Virus record (IMG/VR): IMGVR_UViG_3300021958_000035
Span: 1 to 64,000 of that record
Length of the DNA stretch: 64,000 nt
Strand: one strand, 5' to 3'
From: a virus
Taxonomy: Duplodnaviria > Caudoviricetes
The notes beneath the pieces were generated by a model. The model saw nothing but the letters and a program-made list of their open reading frames with translations. It made no database searches and was not told the DNA's origin. The position numbers were made by a program, and so were the translations under genes. Below, one piece after another: positions 44,827 through 54,049 of this stretch (positions within the stretch are counted from its first letter, which is position 1; each line of letters starts with the position of its first letter).

Positions 44827-45786
44827 ATGCCCCTACCAGAAAAGCGTGACGGTGAAAAGCCCGTAGAATTTATTGCTCGCTGTATGAGTGATCCAAAAAT
44901 TAACAAAGAATATCCAGATCAGAAGCAGCGTACAGCGGTCTGTATGAGCAAAGCCTGTGATGGGATGTCTCATATCGAAGCTGCTGACTTCCAGATCAAC
45001 TTTGAAGAGTATGGATTTACAGAAGAGATTACAGAAGACAATTGGTACTGCCCTGCGGAAGCAGAATACGAGACGGATATTGATTGGGGTGAAGCGACAG
45101 AGGAATGGGACATTTCAGAAGCCAAACCCGGACTCTGGGAAAATATTCGTAAAAAGAAAGATCGTGAAGGTAAGAATTACAAACCAGCAAAGAAGGGCGA
45201 CAAAGATCGACCTGATCCAGAGGCTTGGAAGAAAGCCCAATCGTTATGGAATAAAACCGTTGCTGAGTACGAAGAAGGTCAGATGCAACGTGAACAACTG
45301 ATGAAGATGCACCGTCAGCTTATGGAAATCGAAGAATACTTAGAAGGCGTAAAGTTTGAAGATTGGACTAAAGATATGATTTCTAAGTCTGAAGTCTATA
45401 TCCAAAACATTTATGACTTTATTAAGGCCAATAAAACAGAAGCCAGCTTCAAGTATGAAGATCCTAAGACTGGAGAAGTATACGAATATCAGCGTAAGGG
45501 CATCTATCGTAAAAATGGTCGCACTCTTGTTCCTGCTCGTGCTGCGGAATACCAAGGTCGCAAGGTTCAGCTTGGTAAACCTTTCCGTACTCCAAAGGGG
45601 CCAAAGAAAAGTGCTGTTTATGTTAAGAATGGTTCTGGCAAGGTTGTAATTGTTCGTTTTGGTGATCCTAATATGAAGATCAAGAAGAATATTCCTGAAC
45701 GACGAAAATCATTCCGAGCTAGACATAACTGTGACAATCCCGGTCCTCGTTGGAAAGCACGATATTGGAGTTGTCGGGCATGGTAG
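44827..45786 (+). CDS. modular phage protein (small conserved domains, C-terminal RRKSFRARH..C..WSC domain)
   Basis: FIARCM..EYPD..QR.AVC; KPGLWENIR; AEYQGRKV.LGKP...FGDP modules. Confidence 0.8.
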   Translation: MPLPEKRDGEKPVEFIARCMSDPKINKEYPDQKQRTAVCMSKACDGMSHIEAADFQINFEEYGFTEEITEDNWYCPAEAEYETDIDWGEATEEWDISEAKPGLWENIRKKKDREGKNYKPAKKGDKDRPDPEAWKKAQSLWNKTVAEYEEGQMQREQLMKMHRQLMEIEEYLEGVKFEDWTKDMISKSEVYIQNIYDFIKANKTEASFKYEDPKTGEVYEYQRKGIYRKNGRTLVPARAAEYQGRKVQLGKPFRTPKGPKKSAVYVKNGSGKVVIVRFGDPNMKIKKNIPERRKSFRARHNCDNPGPRWKARYWSCRAW

Positions 45787-47756
45787 AGAAGGACTTTTCT
45801 AAATGTCAGTGTCCAAAGGCGGGGTGGTGCGATCTTCTTAAAAAGGAAATGACCGCCACCCCTCCTAATTGGCAGTGGTGTCAAGAGCTAACAGAAGAAG
45901 GAAGAAAACAATATCACGACAGGGTTAACGGTGAAGTGAGAGTCGTCCGAAAAGCTACAGGTAAACACTTAGTAGGCACTGTAAACTTTGTTGATGATAT
46001 TCCTGAACCAACAAGCGATTATGCAGTTTGCGTAATTCCAGCAAATGAAATGGCAATGAATCTTCTTGATGCTACCCGCGAAAACATCAAGAAGTACGCA
46101 GAAAAGTGTAATGCTGATTATATAGAATTGACAGGAGATCAGGTCGAAGAATTCCCTATTTCTAATAAATTCAGACTAGAGAAAGTTGCACAAACCTACG
46201 AGAAAACACTCTTTGTAGATTGCGATATTGTGATAAAAGAATCTGCACCAAATATATTCGAGATAACACCCAATGATAAGATCTCTGCTTTCGATGAATA
46301 TCGCGTATACCTAGATCATCGGACCAACAACCATCTTTGGATAGATGATTCTATGCACAGAATCTCAAAGGCTCTTAATGTTGCTTATCGTGGAAAGACT
46401 ATGCTAAATAGTGGATTTATGGTAATCCCTAAATCCTGCTCTCAATATTATTCCCAGCCGAAAGTTCCTTACCCACGCCTATGGTGCTTTGACCAAATGT
46501 GGTTGACTCTAAACACACCAATAGAAAAAATTTACAAACTGGGAAGAGAATGGAATAATGTTTTTGACGCATCAGATTTTTGGGAACGTTTTGAAGAAAG
46601 TTATGTTTTTCACTTTAACAACATGAGGGATACAGAGAGTTTTCACGAAGACTCTAGAAGACACGCCCTAGCTACGCTGGCAGAGAATACAAATATCTCA
46701 GAATTTGATCTTAAAACTTCTTCGATTTGGAGCGATGTTTTTCCAAAGGTAGAAGAATATGACTTACCCGAAAACATGGATGAAGTAGAGTTAGTAACGG
46801 TTCATTTTAATCCGACAGGCTCAGAAACCTTGAGAAAAACTCATTCACTTTTCTTAGAAGGTTTGAGGAATGTTGCACCATTCGTAAAGTGCTACGAACT
46901 ACTATTCGACGATCAAGAGCAACAAATAGAAGGCTCGATAATTATAAGAGGTTCTTTGCAAAAGAATTGCTTGTGGCAAAAAGAAGCACTTCTAAATGTT
47001 GCAGTCAAAAACATTGAAGATGAAAAGAAGTATATTGTCTGGCTAGATCATGATTTATTGTTTTTAAACAAAGAATGGTTAAAAGTATCCATAAGCAAGA
47101 TGGAATCAGGTTTTGATTTTGTTCAGTTGGTTACGGATCTTGGTTGGGCAGATAGGACAGGAAAAGTACACATATATAAACCATCGAGATTATCTGTACT
47201 CAGAGATCTCGAACCATACTCAGGGTGGTCAGATGCCTTTCCGAAAAATCCTTATGGAAACCCCGGACTTGTTTGGGGTGGTAGGGTCGATGCTCTAAAA
47301 AGAATGGGAGAGAATCCGTTTCCAAATGCTGTCATCGGGAGCGGAGACGAATATTTTGCCCTCGGCGTAACCAGAACGACAAAGGGGGGTGTTTCACTTA
47401 TTGTAAAGATGATTGACGATCTTATAGCACAACCATATCTTCGGGCTACAGGGGTCAAATCAATAGAAGAGTGTCCACAAATAAAGAAATACGCACAATT
47501 TATGACAGAGAAAATAATTGATATGTCTAAATATTTGTTTTCCGTAACCACTGTAGAAAACTGCCCAGTTTATCATTTCTGGCATGGGGATAGCAAGCAC
47601 AGACAATATGCAGAACGACATTCGATAATTCAAGAGTGTAATTTAGATTTGTATGAAGACGTATTCATAAATGATGAAGGCATATACGAGTTTGTTAAAG
47701 ATAAATACGTTGCTTCCGAAAGGTTCTACAGATTTTTCTCAGAAAGAAAAGAATAA
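45780..47756 (+). CDS. multi-domain glycosyltransferase (two GT-A-like domains)
   Basis: LFVDCD, LNSGFMV, DQ..L; second domain WQKE.LLN, WLDHD, G.GD, HFWHG. Confidence 0.8.
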   Translation: MVEKDFSKCQCPKAGWCDLLKKEMTATPPNWQWCQELTEEGRKQYHDRVNGEVRVVRKATGKHLVGTVNFVDDIPEPTSDYAVCVIPANEMAMNLLDATRENIKKYAEKCNADYIELTGDQVEEFPISNKFRLEKVAQTYEKTLFVDCDIVIKESAPNIFEITPNDKISAFDEYRVYLDHRTNNHLWIDDSMHRISKALNVAYRGKTMLNSGFMVIPKSCSQYYSQPKVPYPRLWCFDQMWLTLNTPIEKIYKLGREWNNVFDASDFWERFEESYVFHFNNMRDTESFHEDSRRHALATLAENTNISEFDLKTSSIWSDVFPKVEEYDLPENMDEVELVTVHFNPTGSETLRKTHSLFLEGLRNVAPFVKCYELLFDDQEQQIEGSIIIRGSLQKNCLWQKEALLNVAVKNIEDEKKYIVWLDHDLLFLNKEWLKVSISKMESGFDFVQLVTDLGWADRTGKVHIYKPSRLSVLRDLEPYSGWSDAFPKNPYGNPGLVWGGRVDALKRMGENPFPNAVIGSGDEYFALGVTRTTKGGVSLIVKMIDDLIAQPYLRATGVKSIEECPQIKKYAQFMTEKIIDMSKYLFSVTTVENCPVYHFWHGDSKHRQYAERHSIIQECNLDLYEDVFINDEGIYEFVKDKYVASERFYRFFSERKE

Positions 47757-47770
47757 TTTTAAGAAACCCC

Positions 47771-47799
47771 TTACAAAATAGCGACCCGTAGACTATAAT
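47771..47799 (+). promoter_or_regulatory. class B promoter (dnaE operon)
   Basis: TTACAA-17-TATAAT with GTAGACTATAAT. Confidence 0.75.
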
Positions 47800-47845
47800 A
47801 GGGTAGTCGAGCAAAACATTGAATTAAAAATTGAAAAGGATAACT

Positions 47846-49477
47846 ATGAAGTGGTTTCCGCTACTGAACTACACCCACTATTCGCTACAGTACGGCTTTT
47901 CCAAGCCAAATGAGCTTGCTAAGAAGTGCAAGCAGAATTCTTACCCCGCATGTGGCATCGCTGATTACAAAACAATCAGTGGTGCTGTATCTTTCTATAA
48001 AGCCTGCATCGACAATGATATCAAACCTATTATTGGTTGTTCTTTCGATGGCTTTGCTCTTTTTGCCAAAAACCATGAGGGATGGCTGAACCTCATCGAG
48101 ATTGTCTCTACAATTGATACAGACGGTAATGAGGATCGAGGCACTATGGTTCGCCTAGCACGACAAGGCAACCTTATTTGCATTGCCAATTCAGAGGCTC
48201 TGTCTCCAATTACTGGCGATGACTTTTACCAATGGTCTGATGCTTTCTTAAAAACTTTTTACTCAGATAAAAGCCAAGCAGATTTGCACAGGATTGTGCT
48301 TTGTGGAAAACTAAAGACCACTCTACATAAAGTAAAGAAGAATGGCGTGGAACAAGATGACCTTTCTGTATTCTTTGATTCTAGTGATTTTTACCTTAAA
48401 GACAAGTTAGAGTCTGCAAAGTTAGTTATCGACGACCCTCGTATGGATGAGTTTGATGAAATCTTAAACAAGGTAGAGAATTTTAATATTCTTAGCAAGC
48501 CCATCCTTCCCAAGTTTGATATACCGTCTGATTATAAAAGCGAGGGCGACTACCTACGTCACCTCGCAAGACAAGGTTGGATGACACTACTAAATGACAA
48601 GATCAAGAGTGAGCTAGATAGAAAAACCTATGGCGACAGATTTAACAAAGAGTTTGCCGTTATTGAAAAAGCAAATCTGTTTGGGTATTTTCTCATCGTT
48701 TGGGATATTTTAAATTGGTGTCGTGAGCAGGGCTGGATGGTAGGTCCGGGCCGTGGATCTGCTGCCGGTTGCCTTATTTCCTACCTAGTTGGTATTACAG
48801 AGATTGACCCCATCGAGTTTAATCTGCTGTTTGAACGATTCTACAATGAGGGTCGTAATACAGAAGATCACATCTCTTTACCTGATGTTGATATGGACGT
48901 TCCCGGAAATAAACGTGATGAGATCATCGCTAGACTCAAAGAGAAGTACGGATCTAACAATGTTAGTCAGATGCTCACGTTTGGTAGATTGCAAGGGCGA
49001 AGTGCGATGAAAGAAGTTCTTCGTGTAAATGATGCTTGTGGTTTTGCCGAAATGAACGAGATCACAAAGTACATTCCAGACGAAGCCGCCATTTCTGACC
49101 AACTTTCACAGATGGACGAAGAAGATCGCTCTATCATTCGCTGGACATTACAGAATCGTGCAGACGACCTTATGGACTACTGCCATATCGACGATGAGGG
49201 TAGATTGCAGGGAGACTTTGCAGAATACTTCCAGCAGGCCATTGATATTGAAGGTACATTTAAGACACAGGGAAAACACGCTGCTGGCGTTGTTATCTCT
49301 TCCGCACCACTATACAAAGTTTGCCCTATGGTGAACCAAAAGAGTGGCGGCGAAAAGATTGCGGGATTGGAAATGAACGATCTAGAAGCACTAGGTCACG
49401 TTAAGTTTGACCTTCTTGGGTTGAATCTCCTCGATAAATTGATGTATATTGAAGAATTGCTGGGAAAATCAGCATAA
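47846..49477 (+). CDS. dnaE: DNA polymerase III alpha, N-terminal half (degenerate PHP + palm/thumb)
   Basis: THYSL, KPIIGC, GPGRGSAAG, PDVDMD, KHAAGVVI, KFDLLGL. Confidence 0.92.
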   Translation: MKWFPLLNYTHYSLQYGFSKPNELAKKCKQNSYPACGIADYKTISGAVSFYKACIDNDIKPIIGCSFDGFALFAKNHEGWLNLIEIVSTIDTDGNEDRGTMVRLARQGNLICIANSEALSPITGDDFYQWSDAFLKTFYSDKSQADLHRIVLCGKLKTTLHKVKKNGVEQDDLSVFFDSSDFYLKDKLESAKLVIDDPRMDEFDEILNKVENFNILSKPILPKFDIPSDYKSEGDYLRHLARQGWMTLLNDKIKSELDRKTYGDRFNKEFAVIEKANLFGYFLIVWDILNWCREQGWMVGPGRGSAAGCLISYLVGITEIDPIEFNLLFERFYNEGRNTEDHISLPDVDMDVPGNKRDEIIARLKEKYGSNNVSQMLTFGRLQGRSAMKEVLRVNDACGFAEMNEITKYIPDEAAISDQLSQMDEEDRSIIRWTLQNRADDLMDYCHIDDEGRLQGDFAEYFQQAIDIEGTFKTQGKHAAGVVISSAPLYKVCPMVNQKSGGEKIAGLEMNDLEALGHVKFDLLGLNLLDKLMYIEELLGKSA

Positions 49478-49491
49478 CTACGTGTCTTGAA

Positions 49492-49665
49492 ATTGATAGC
49501 TCGAAAGGGTATATCGAAGGAAACGTGCAGTGGTTGCACAAAAGGGTTAATATAATGAAAGGCAACATGGAAGAACAAGAGTTTTTAGACTTTTGTGAAG
49601 CTGTTACTTTTCAAAATAAAAGCCAAGAGATACAAAAAACTTTTTCACATTCAGATAGGAAATAA
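49492..49665 (+). pseudogene. C-terminal remnant of an HNH endonuclease
   Basis: IDSSKGYIEGNVQWLHKRVNIMK, no start codon. Confidence 0.75.
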
Positions 49666-49667
49666 CT

Positions 49668-50342
49668 ATGAATCGGGATATCGTCGTGTTCGACTTTGAA
49701 ACAGGAGGGCGTAACCCGCTCCGTTGCCAACCTACACAGATTGCTGCTATCGCACTTGACGGTAGGAACTTTAAGCTAAAGGGTTCATTTAATAGTATGA
49801 TGCGTCCCATTATAGATGATGATGAAGCTATTGCCGCTGGTGTTGACCCTATTGAAGAAGGAGCGTTGAAAGTAACGGGGCAAACAAGAGAACAACTTGC
49901 CAAGGCACCACTACCAAAGGGCGTTTGGAAGAAGTTCTGTACGTTTGTCAATAAGTACAATTGGAAGGGCACGCCCTACTTCGCACCCATTCCCTGCGGA
50001 TTCAACATTCTCGGATACGACATGAAGATCGTTGACAGGCTGTGCAAACAGTATGGACCGTATGATGACAAGCGATGCTGCCAGAAACTCTTTCATCAGA
50101 TTTATAAAATTGACGTAATGGACGATGTGTGGATGTGGACAGAAGGAGATCCAAATGTTAAGTCTATTAGTATGGATAGCTTGCGAGAAAGAATGGGACT
50201 ATCCAGTGAGAACGCTCACGATGCTCTCCAAGACGTTAAGGATACAGCAAATATCTGGATCAAACTGCAAAAGTCCAGACGAGCAGTCTACAGAAATATG
50301 AAATTTGAAAAAGCATTTGCCGATGGGAAATTGTTCGTATGA
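49668..50342 (+). CDS. DEDDh 3'-5' exonuclease (DnaQ/epsilon-like)
   Basis: FDFETGG, GFN..YD, AHDALQD. Confidence 0.92.
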   Translation: MNRDIVVFDFETGGRNPLRCQPTQIAAIALDGRNFKLKGSFNSMMRPIIDDDEAIAAGVDPIEEGALKVTGQTREQLAKAPLPKGVWKKFCTFVNKYNWKGTPYFAPIPCGFNILGYDMKIVDRLCKQYGPYDDKRCCQKLFHQIYKIDVMDDVWMWTEGDPNVKSISMDSLRERMGLSSENAHDALQDVKDTANIWIKLQKSRRAVYRNMKFEKAFADGKLFV

Positions 50343-50435
50343 GCGACATTGAATTAGAGGAAATTAAAAGATATATTTTGTCTATACCAAAATTTAATCT
50401 AGAAGAAAGTATTTTAGGAGATTATTGAGATTTAA

Positions 50436-52001
50436 ATGATTGACAAAAATGATCCAAAGGCTTGGGCCTTATACAAAGACGGATTGACTAAGGGGCTTTT
50501 TCAACTTGAGAGTAACCTTGGTCGTGCATGGTCCAAAAGAGTTGCACCGGAAAACCTTGAAGAACTAGCGGCATTGATCGCTATCATCAGGCCCGGAACG
50601 TTGAAGGCGGTTAGCGAGGGCAAGTCTATGACTCAGCACTTCGTAGACCGTAAACATAAAAGAGAAGATGTCGTTTATCCTCATCCTAGTCTAGAAGAAA
50701 TTCTAGAGACCACGTATGGCGTACTTGTATACCAAGAACAGGCTATGCTTATCGCGGTTAAAGCTGCGGGATTCAATGAGATGGAGGCAGATAACCTTCG
50801 TAAAGCTATTGGTAAAAAGAAAGCGTCTCTCATGACTGAGATTCGTGGACAGTTTATTGAGGGGTGTGGGAAGGTCGGACTTGTAGATCAAGACGCTGCA
50901 AACCAGATTTTTGACTGGATTGAAAAGTCGTCTCGTTATTCTTTTAATAAGTCTCACGCCGTTGCCTATGCACTCGATTCATACTGGTCTGCGTACTATA
51001 AGGCGAACTACACAAAAGAGTTCTTCTTGTCCTATCTGTACTATGCGAATGAAAAGCAAGATACTCATCGGGAAATCTATGAGCTAGTAAACGAAGCTAA
51101 ACTATTCAATATACTAGTAAAGACTCCTAAACTAAACAGGTTCTCTGAGAAGTTTGCCATCTTTGGCGATGACATTCAGTTTGGAGTTCGTGACGTTAAA
51201 GGTCTTACTGGTGTCACTGGTGATAAAGTTATCAAAGCTATTCACGAAACGTCAGAAGAAATCAATAAGCCTCTAAAAGATTTTACTTGGATGGATGTTC
51301 TCGTTTACATCGCACCTAAGATCACATCTACGGCTCTCAAGGCACTTTCTGGTATTGGATTTTTCTCTACCAAGTCAACTGGAGTGACTAGGAATCAAGC
51401 TCTTTACGAATACCTAATTTGGCGTGAGCTAACTAAGACAGAAGTAAAATGGGTAACAGAGAACTATCCTGAAAAGAAGTGGTCAAAACTACAGGATTGT
51501 TTCAAAGATCTGTCTCCTACCAAGAAGATGGGTGGTGGCTGTAGCAACGCCAATCGTAGTCAGATTGTGTACGGTGAGATTGAGATGCTAAAAAATCCAC
51601 CATATGAAATGTCTGATGAGCCGCAATGGGTTATTGCAGAAGAGGTCAAACTCTTGGGTTGTCCAATTTCGTATCAATACACAGATGCTATCGACGCATC
51701 AATCGCTAACACTACATGTCAAGAAGTAGCCAACGGAAAGTTTGGCAAGGATATTTGCATTGTAGCGAATGTCCAACGTGTAGCTAATCATAAAATTAAC
51801 AAGAAGAATAGCAAGCAAAAGGGCCGGATTATGTCGTTCCTGACAATCGAAGATGCCACTTGCTCTCTAGACAATGTTATCGTTTTCCCAGACGCAAGAG
51901 ACAAATATCAGTTTGTTCTCTATGAAGGTGCCAATCTCATGCTCTGCGGTGAGATCGAGAAGGATAATTCGTTTATTGTTAATAAAATTCACGAAATGTA
52001 G
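50436..52001 (+). CDS. dnaE: DNA polymerase III alpha, C-terminal half (fingers, HhH, OB)
   Basis: GLFQLES, IRPG, TYG..VYQEQ, YSFNKSHA.AY, E...LG, MSFLTIED. Confidence 0.92.
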   Translation: MIDKNDPKAWALYKDGLTKGLFQLESNLGRAWSKRVAPENLEELAALIAIIRPGTLKAVSEGKSMTQHFVDRKHKREDVVYPHPSLEEILETTYGVLVYQEQAMLIAVKAAGFNEMEADNLRKAIGKKKASLMTEIRGQFIEGCGKVGLVDQDAANQIFDWIEKSSRYSFNKSHAVAYALDSYWSAYYKANYTKEFFLSYLYYANEKQDTHREIYELVNEAKLFNILVKTPKLNRFSEKFAIFGDDIQFGVRDVKGLTGVTGDKVIKAIHETSEEINKPLKDFTWMDVLVYIAPKITSTALKALSGIGFFSTKSTGVTRNQALYEYLIWRELTKTEVKWVTENYPEKKWSKLQDCFKDLSPTKKMGGGCSNANRSQIVYGEIEMLKNPPYEMSDEPQWVIAEEVKLLGCPISYQYTDAIDASIANTTCQEVANGKFGKDICIVANVQRVANHKINKKNSKQKGRIMSFLTIEDATCSLDNVIVFPDARDKYQFVLYEGANLMLCGEIEKDNSFIVNKIHEM

Positions 52002-52041
52002 TTGTAAAAAACTGATTAGTGAGCTATAATAAGGAGTACAC

Positions 52042-52359
52042 ATGAACCATTGTATTTTTACAGGGTATCTATTATTTGACCCAAATGTGGGTTACGAACC
52101 GAATCCATCAGTTTGCACTTTTAAACTGGTAACATACGAGTACACAAGAAACAGGCGTGGTGAAAAGAAGCGTTACCCAACAACCGTAACCTTCCAAGCC
52201 TTTGATAGTGGTGCAGATGCCATCGCTAAACTAGGAAAGAGGGGGATGAAAATGACCGTACACGCTTCTGCCAGAAACGGTGTTCTTAAAACCGACTCTG
52301 TGGACGATATTATTTTTAGAGTTAATCAATTCGACTTTGGATGTTTGGACAAGGAATAA
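52042..52359 (+). CDS. divergent SSB-like OB-fold protein
   Basis: MN.CIFTG.L..DP, F.L, G.KMTV pattern. Confidence 0.7.
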   Translation: MNHCIFTGYLLFDPNVGYEPNPSVCTFKLVTYEYTRNRRGEKKRYPTTVTFQAFDSGADAIAKLGKRGMKMTVHASARNGVLKTDSVDDIIFRVNQFDFGCLDKE

Positions 52360-52360
52360 G

Positions 52361-54049
52361 ATGAGAAAAAAACGAATTCTGTTCTGTAGCGAAGCTACTT
52401 TCCTTAACACTGGATACGCGACCTACACTCGTGAGATCTTGAATTACCTACACTCCACTGGAAAATATGAGCTTGCAGAATTGGCAGCTTACGGTCAACG
52501 AAATGACCCAAGGGCAGCAAATATTCCTTGGAAATTCTACGGCGTTCAGCCAAACACAGACTGCGAACCGAAGGCAAGTCAGGAAGAACTTCAGGCGTTT
52601 GGATCATCCGCTACAAACCAATTTGGAGAATGGATTTTTGAGCATGTTTGCTTAGATTTCTTGCCTGATATCGTGTGCGATATTCGAGACTTTTGGATGC
52701 TCGACTTCGCAGAGAGAAGCCCTTTTCGACCCTATTTCGATTGGGTAATTATGCCAACGGTCGATGCTAGACCGCAAGCACGACAGTGGATTTCAACATA
52801 TGCTGGTGCTGATGCTTGTCTGACATACTCTGATTGGGCAGGAACTGTACTTGCAGATCAGTCTGGTGGTAAGATTAAGTATCATGGATCTTCACCGCCT
52901 TCTGCTCATCCAGCATATCACCCCATTGAAGATAAGAAAGCACACAAGCTATCTATGGGGATTGACCCAGAATATAAAATCATTGGAACTGTTATGCGTA
53001 ATCAACGACGTAAACTGTACCCAGATTTATTTGAAGCATTTAGGAAATTCTTAGATAAGTCGGAAAGCAAGAAGTATTATCTTTATTGTCATACTTCTTA
53101 TCCTGATCTTGGTTGGGATATTCCAGAGTTAATCTTGCAAAACAACCTGTCTTCACATATTTTGTTCACCTATATCTGTCCTGAGACAAAAAAGCCATTC
53201 CCATCATTGTTTAAGGGTGCTGTAGCACAGTCTCCATACACTGGAAAATGGGGTTCTACTCTATCAAACGTAAAGAATGGTGCGTCTTACGAGGATCTGT
53301 CTCGAATCCAGAACCTCTTTGATCTTTACACTCAGTATGCTAACTGTGAAGGTTTTGGCTTGCCCTATGTAGAAGCTGCTGCTTGTGGCGTTCCAGTATG
53401 CGGCACTGACTACTCTGCTATGGAGAGTGAGATTCGTAAACTGCAAGGTCATCCCATCAAACCGGCTGCACTTTATAAAGAGTTAGAGACTGGTTGTCTT
53501 CGTGCTGTTCCAGATAATGATGCGGCAGCGGAATATTTCCGTCACTTCTTTGAAGATAAAACTGACGAAGAACGTGCCGCAGAAGGTAAGCGAACAAGGA
53601 AGAACTTTGAAAAGCACTTCCAGTGGCACCTTAGTGGAAACAAGTGGGAGCAAATCTTTGACAATGCTCCTATTAGACCTATTGAGCAAACTTGGGCTTC
53701 GCCTCCACGGGTTCTAGATCCCGCAGGTAAGATTCCAGATGACCAATTGGAGAATGTAAGTCCAACTATGCAGGCTCAGTACCTTATCAGAAATGTTCTG
53801 AGAGATCCATCAAGGGTAGGAACATTTTTTGAATCTAGAATGATCAGAGATTTAACTTATAAGTCGTCTACGGGATCAACTGGTGGTATGTACTTTAATG
53901 AATGTAGTCAGGCATTTGATGGTGCAAATCAGAGACAAGTTTTTGATTTTCATGTTGCTTACGATTCTATGGTGGCACAAAGGGGTAGAATCAATAGCTG
54001 GGAACAAAAACGAATCGAAGTACTAAAAAATAAGGGAGTTATTAAGTGA
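52361..54049 (+). CDS. glycosyltransferase family 4
   Basis: TGYA, MRNQRRK.YP, EGFGLP.VEAAACG.P. Confidence 0.88.
   Translation: MRKKRILFCSEATFLNTGYATYTREILNYLHSTGKYELAELAAYGQRNDPRAANIPWKFYGVQPNTDCEPKASQEELQAFGSSATNQFGEWIFEHVCLDFLPDIVCDIRDFWMLDFAERSPFRPYFDWVIMPTVDARPQARQWISTYAGADACLTYSDWAGTVLADQSGGKIKYHGSSPPSAHPAYHPIEDKKAHKLSMGIDPEYKIIGTVMRNQRRKLYPDLFEAFRKFLDKSESKKYYLYCHTSYPDLGWDIPELILQNNLSSHILFTYICPETKKPFPSLFKGAVAQSPYTGKWGSTLSNVKNGASYEDLSRIQNLFDLYTQYANCEGFGLPYVEAAACGVPVCGTDYSAMESEIRKLQGHPIKPAALYKELETGCLRAVPDNDAAAEYFRHFFEDKTDEERAAEGKRTRKNFEKHFQWHLSGNKWEQIFDNAPIRPIEQTWASPPRVLDPAGKIPDDQLENVSPTMQAQYLIRNVLRDPSRVGTFFESRMIRDLTYKSSTGSTGGMYFNECSQAFDGANQRQVFDFHVAYDSMVAQRGRINSWEQKRIEVLKNKGVIK

Noticed and set aside
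49477-50436. Split intein or intron joining the DnaE halves
   Set aside because: No intein N- or C-terminal motifs on either half, and the interval is occupied by an HNH remnant and an intact exonuclease gene
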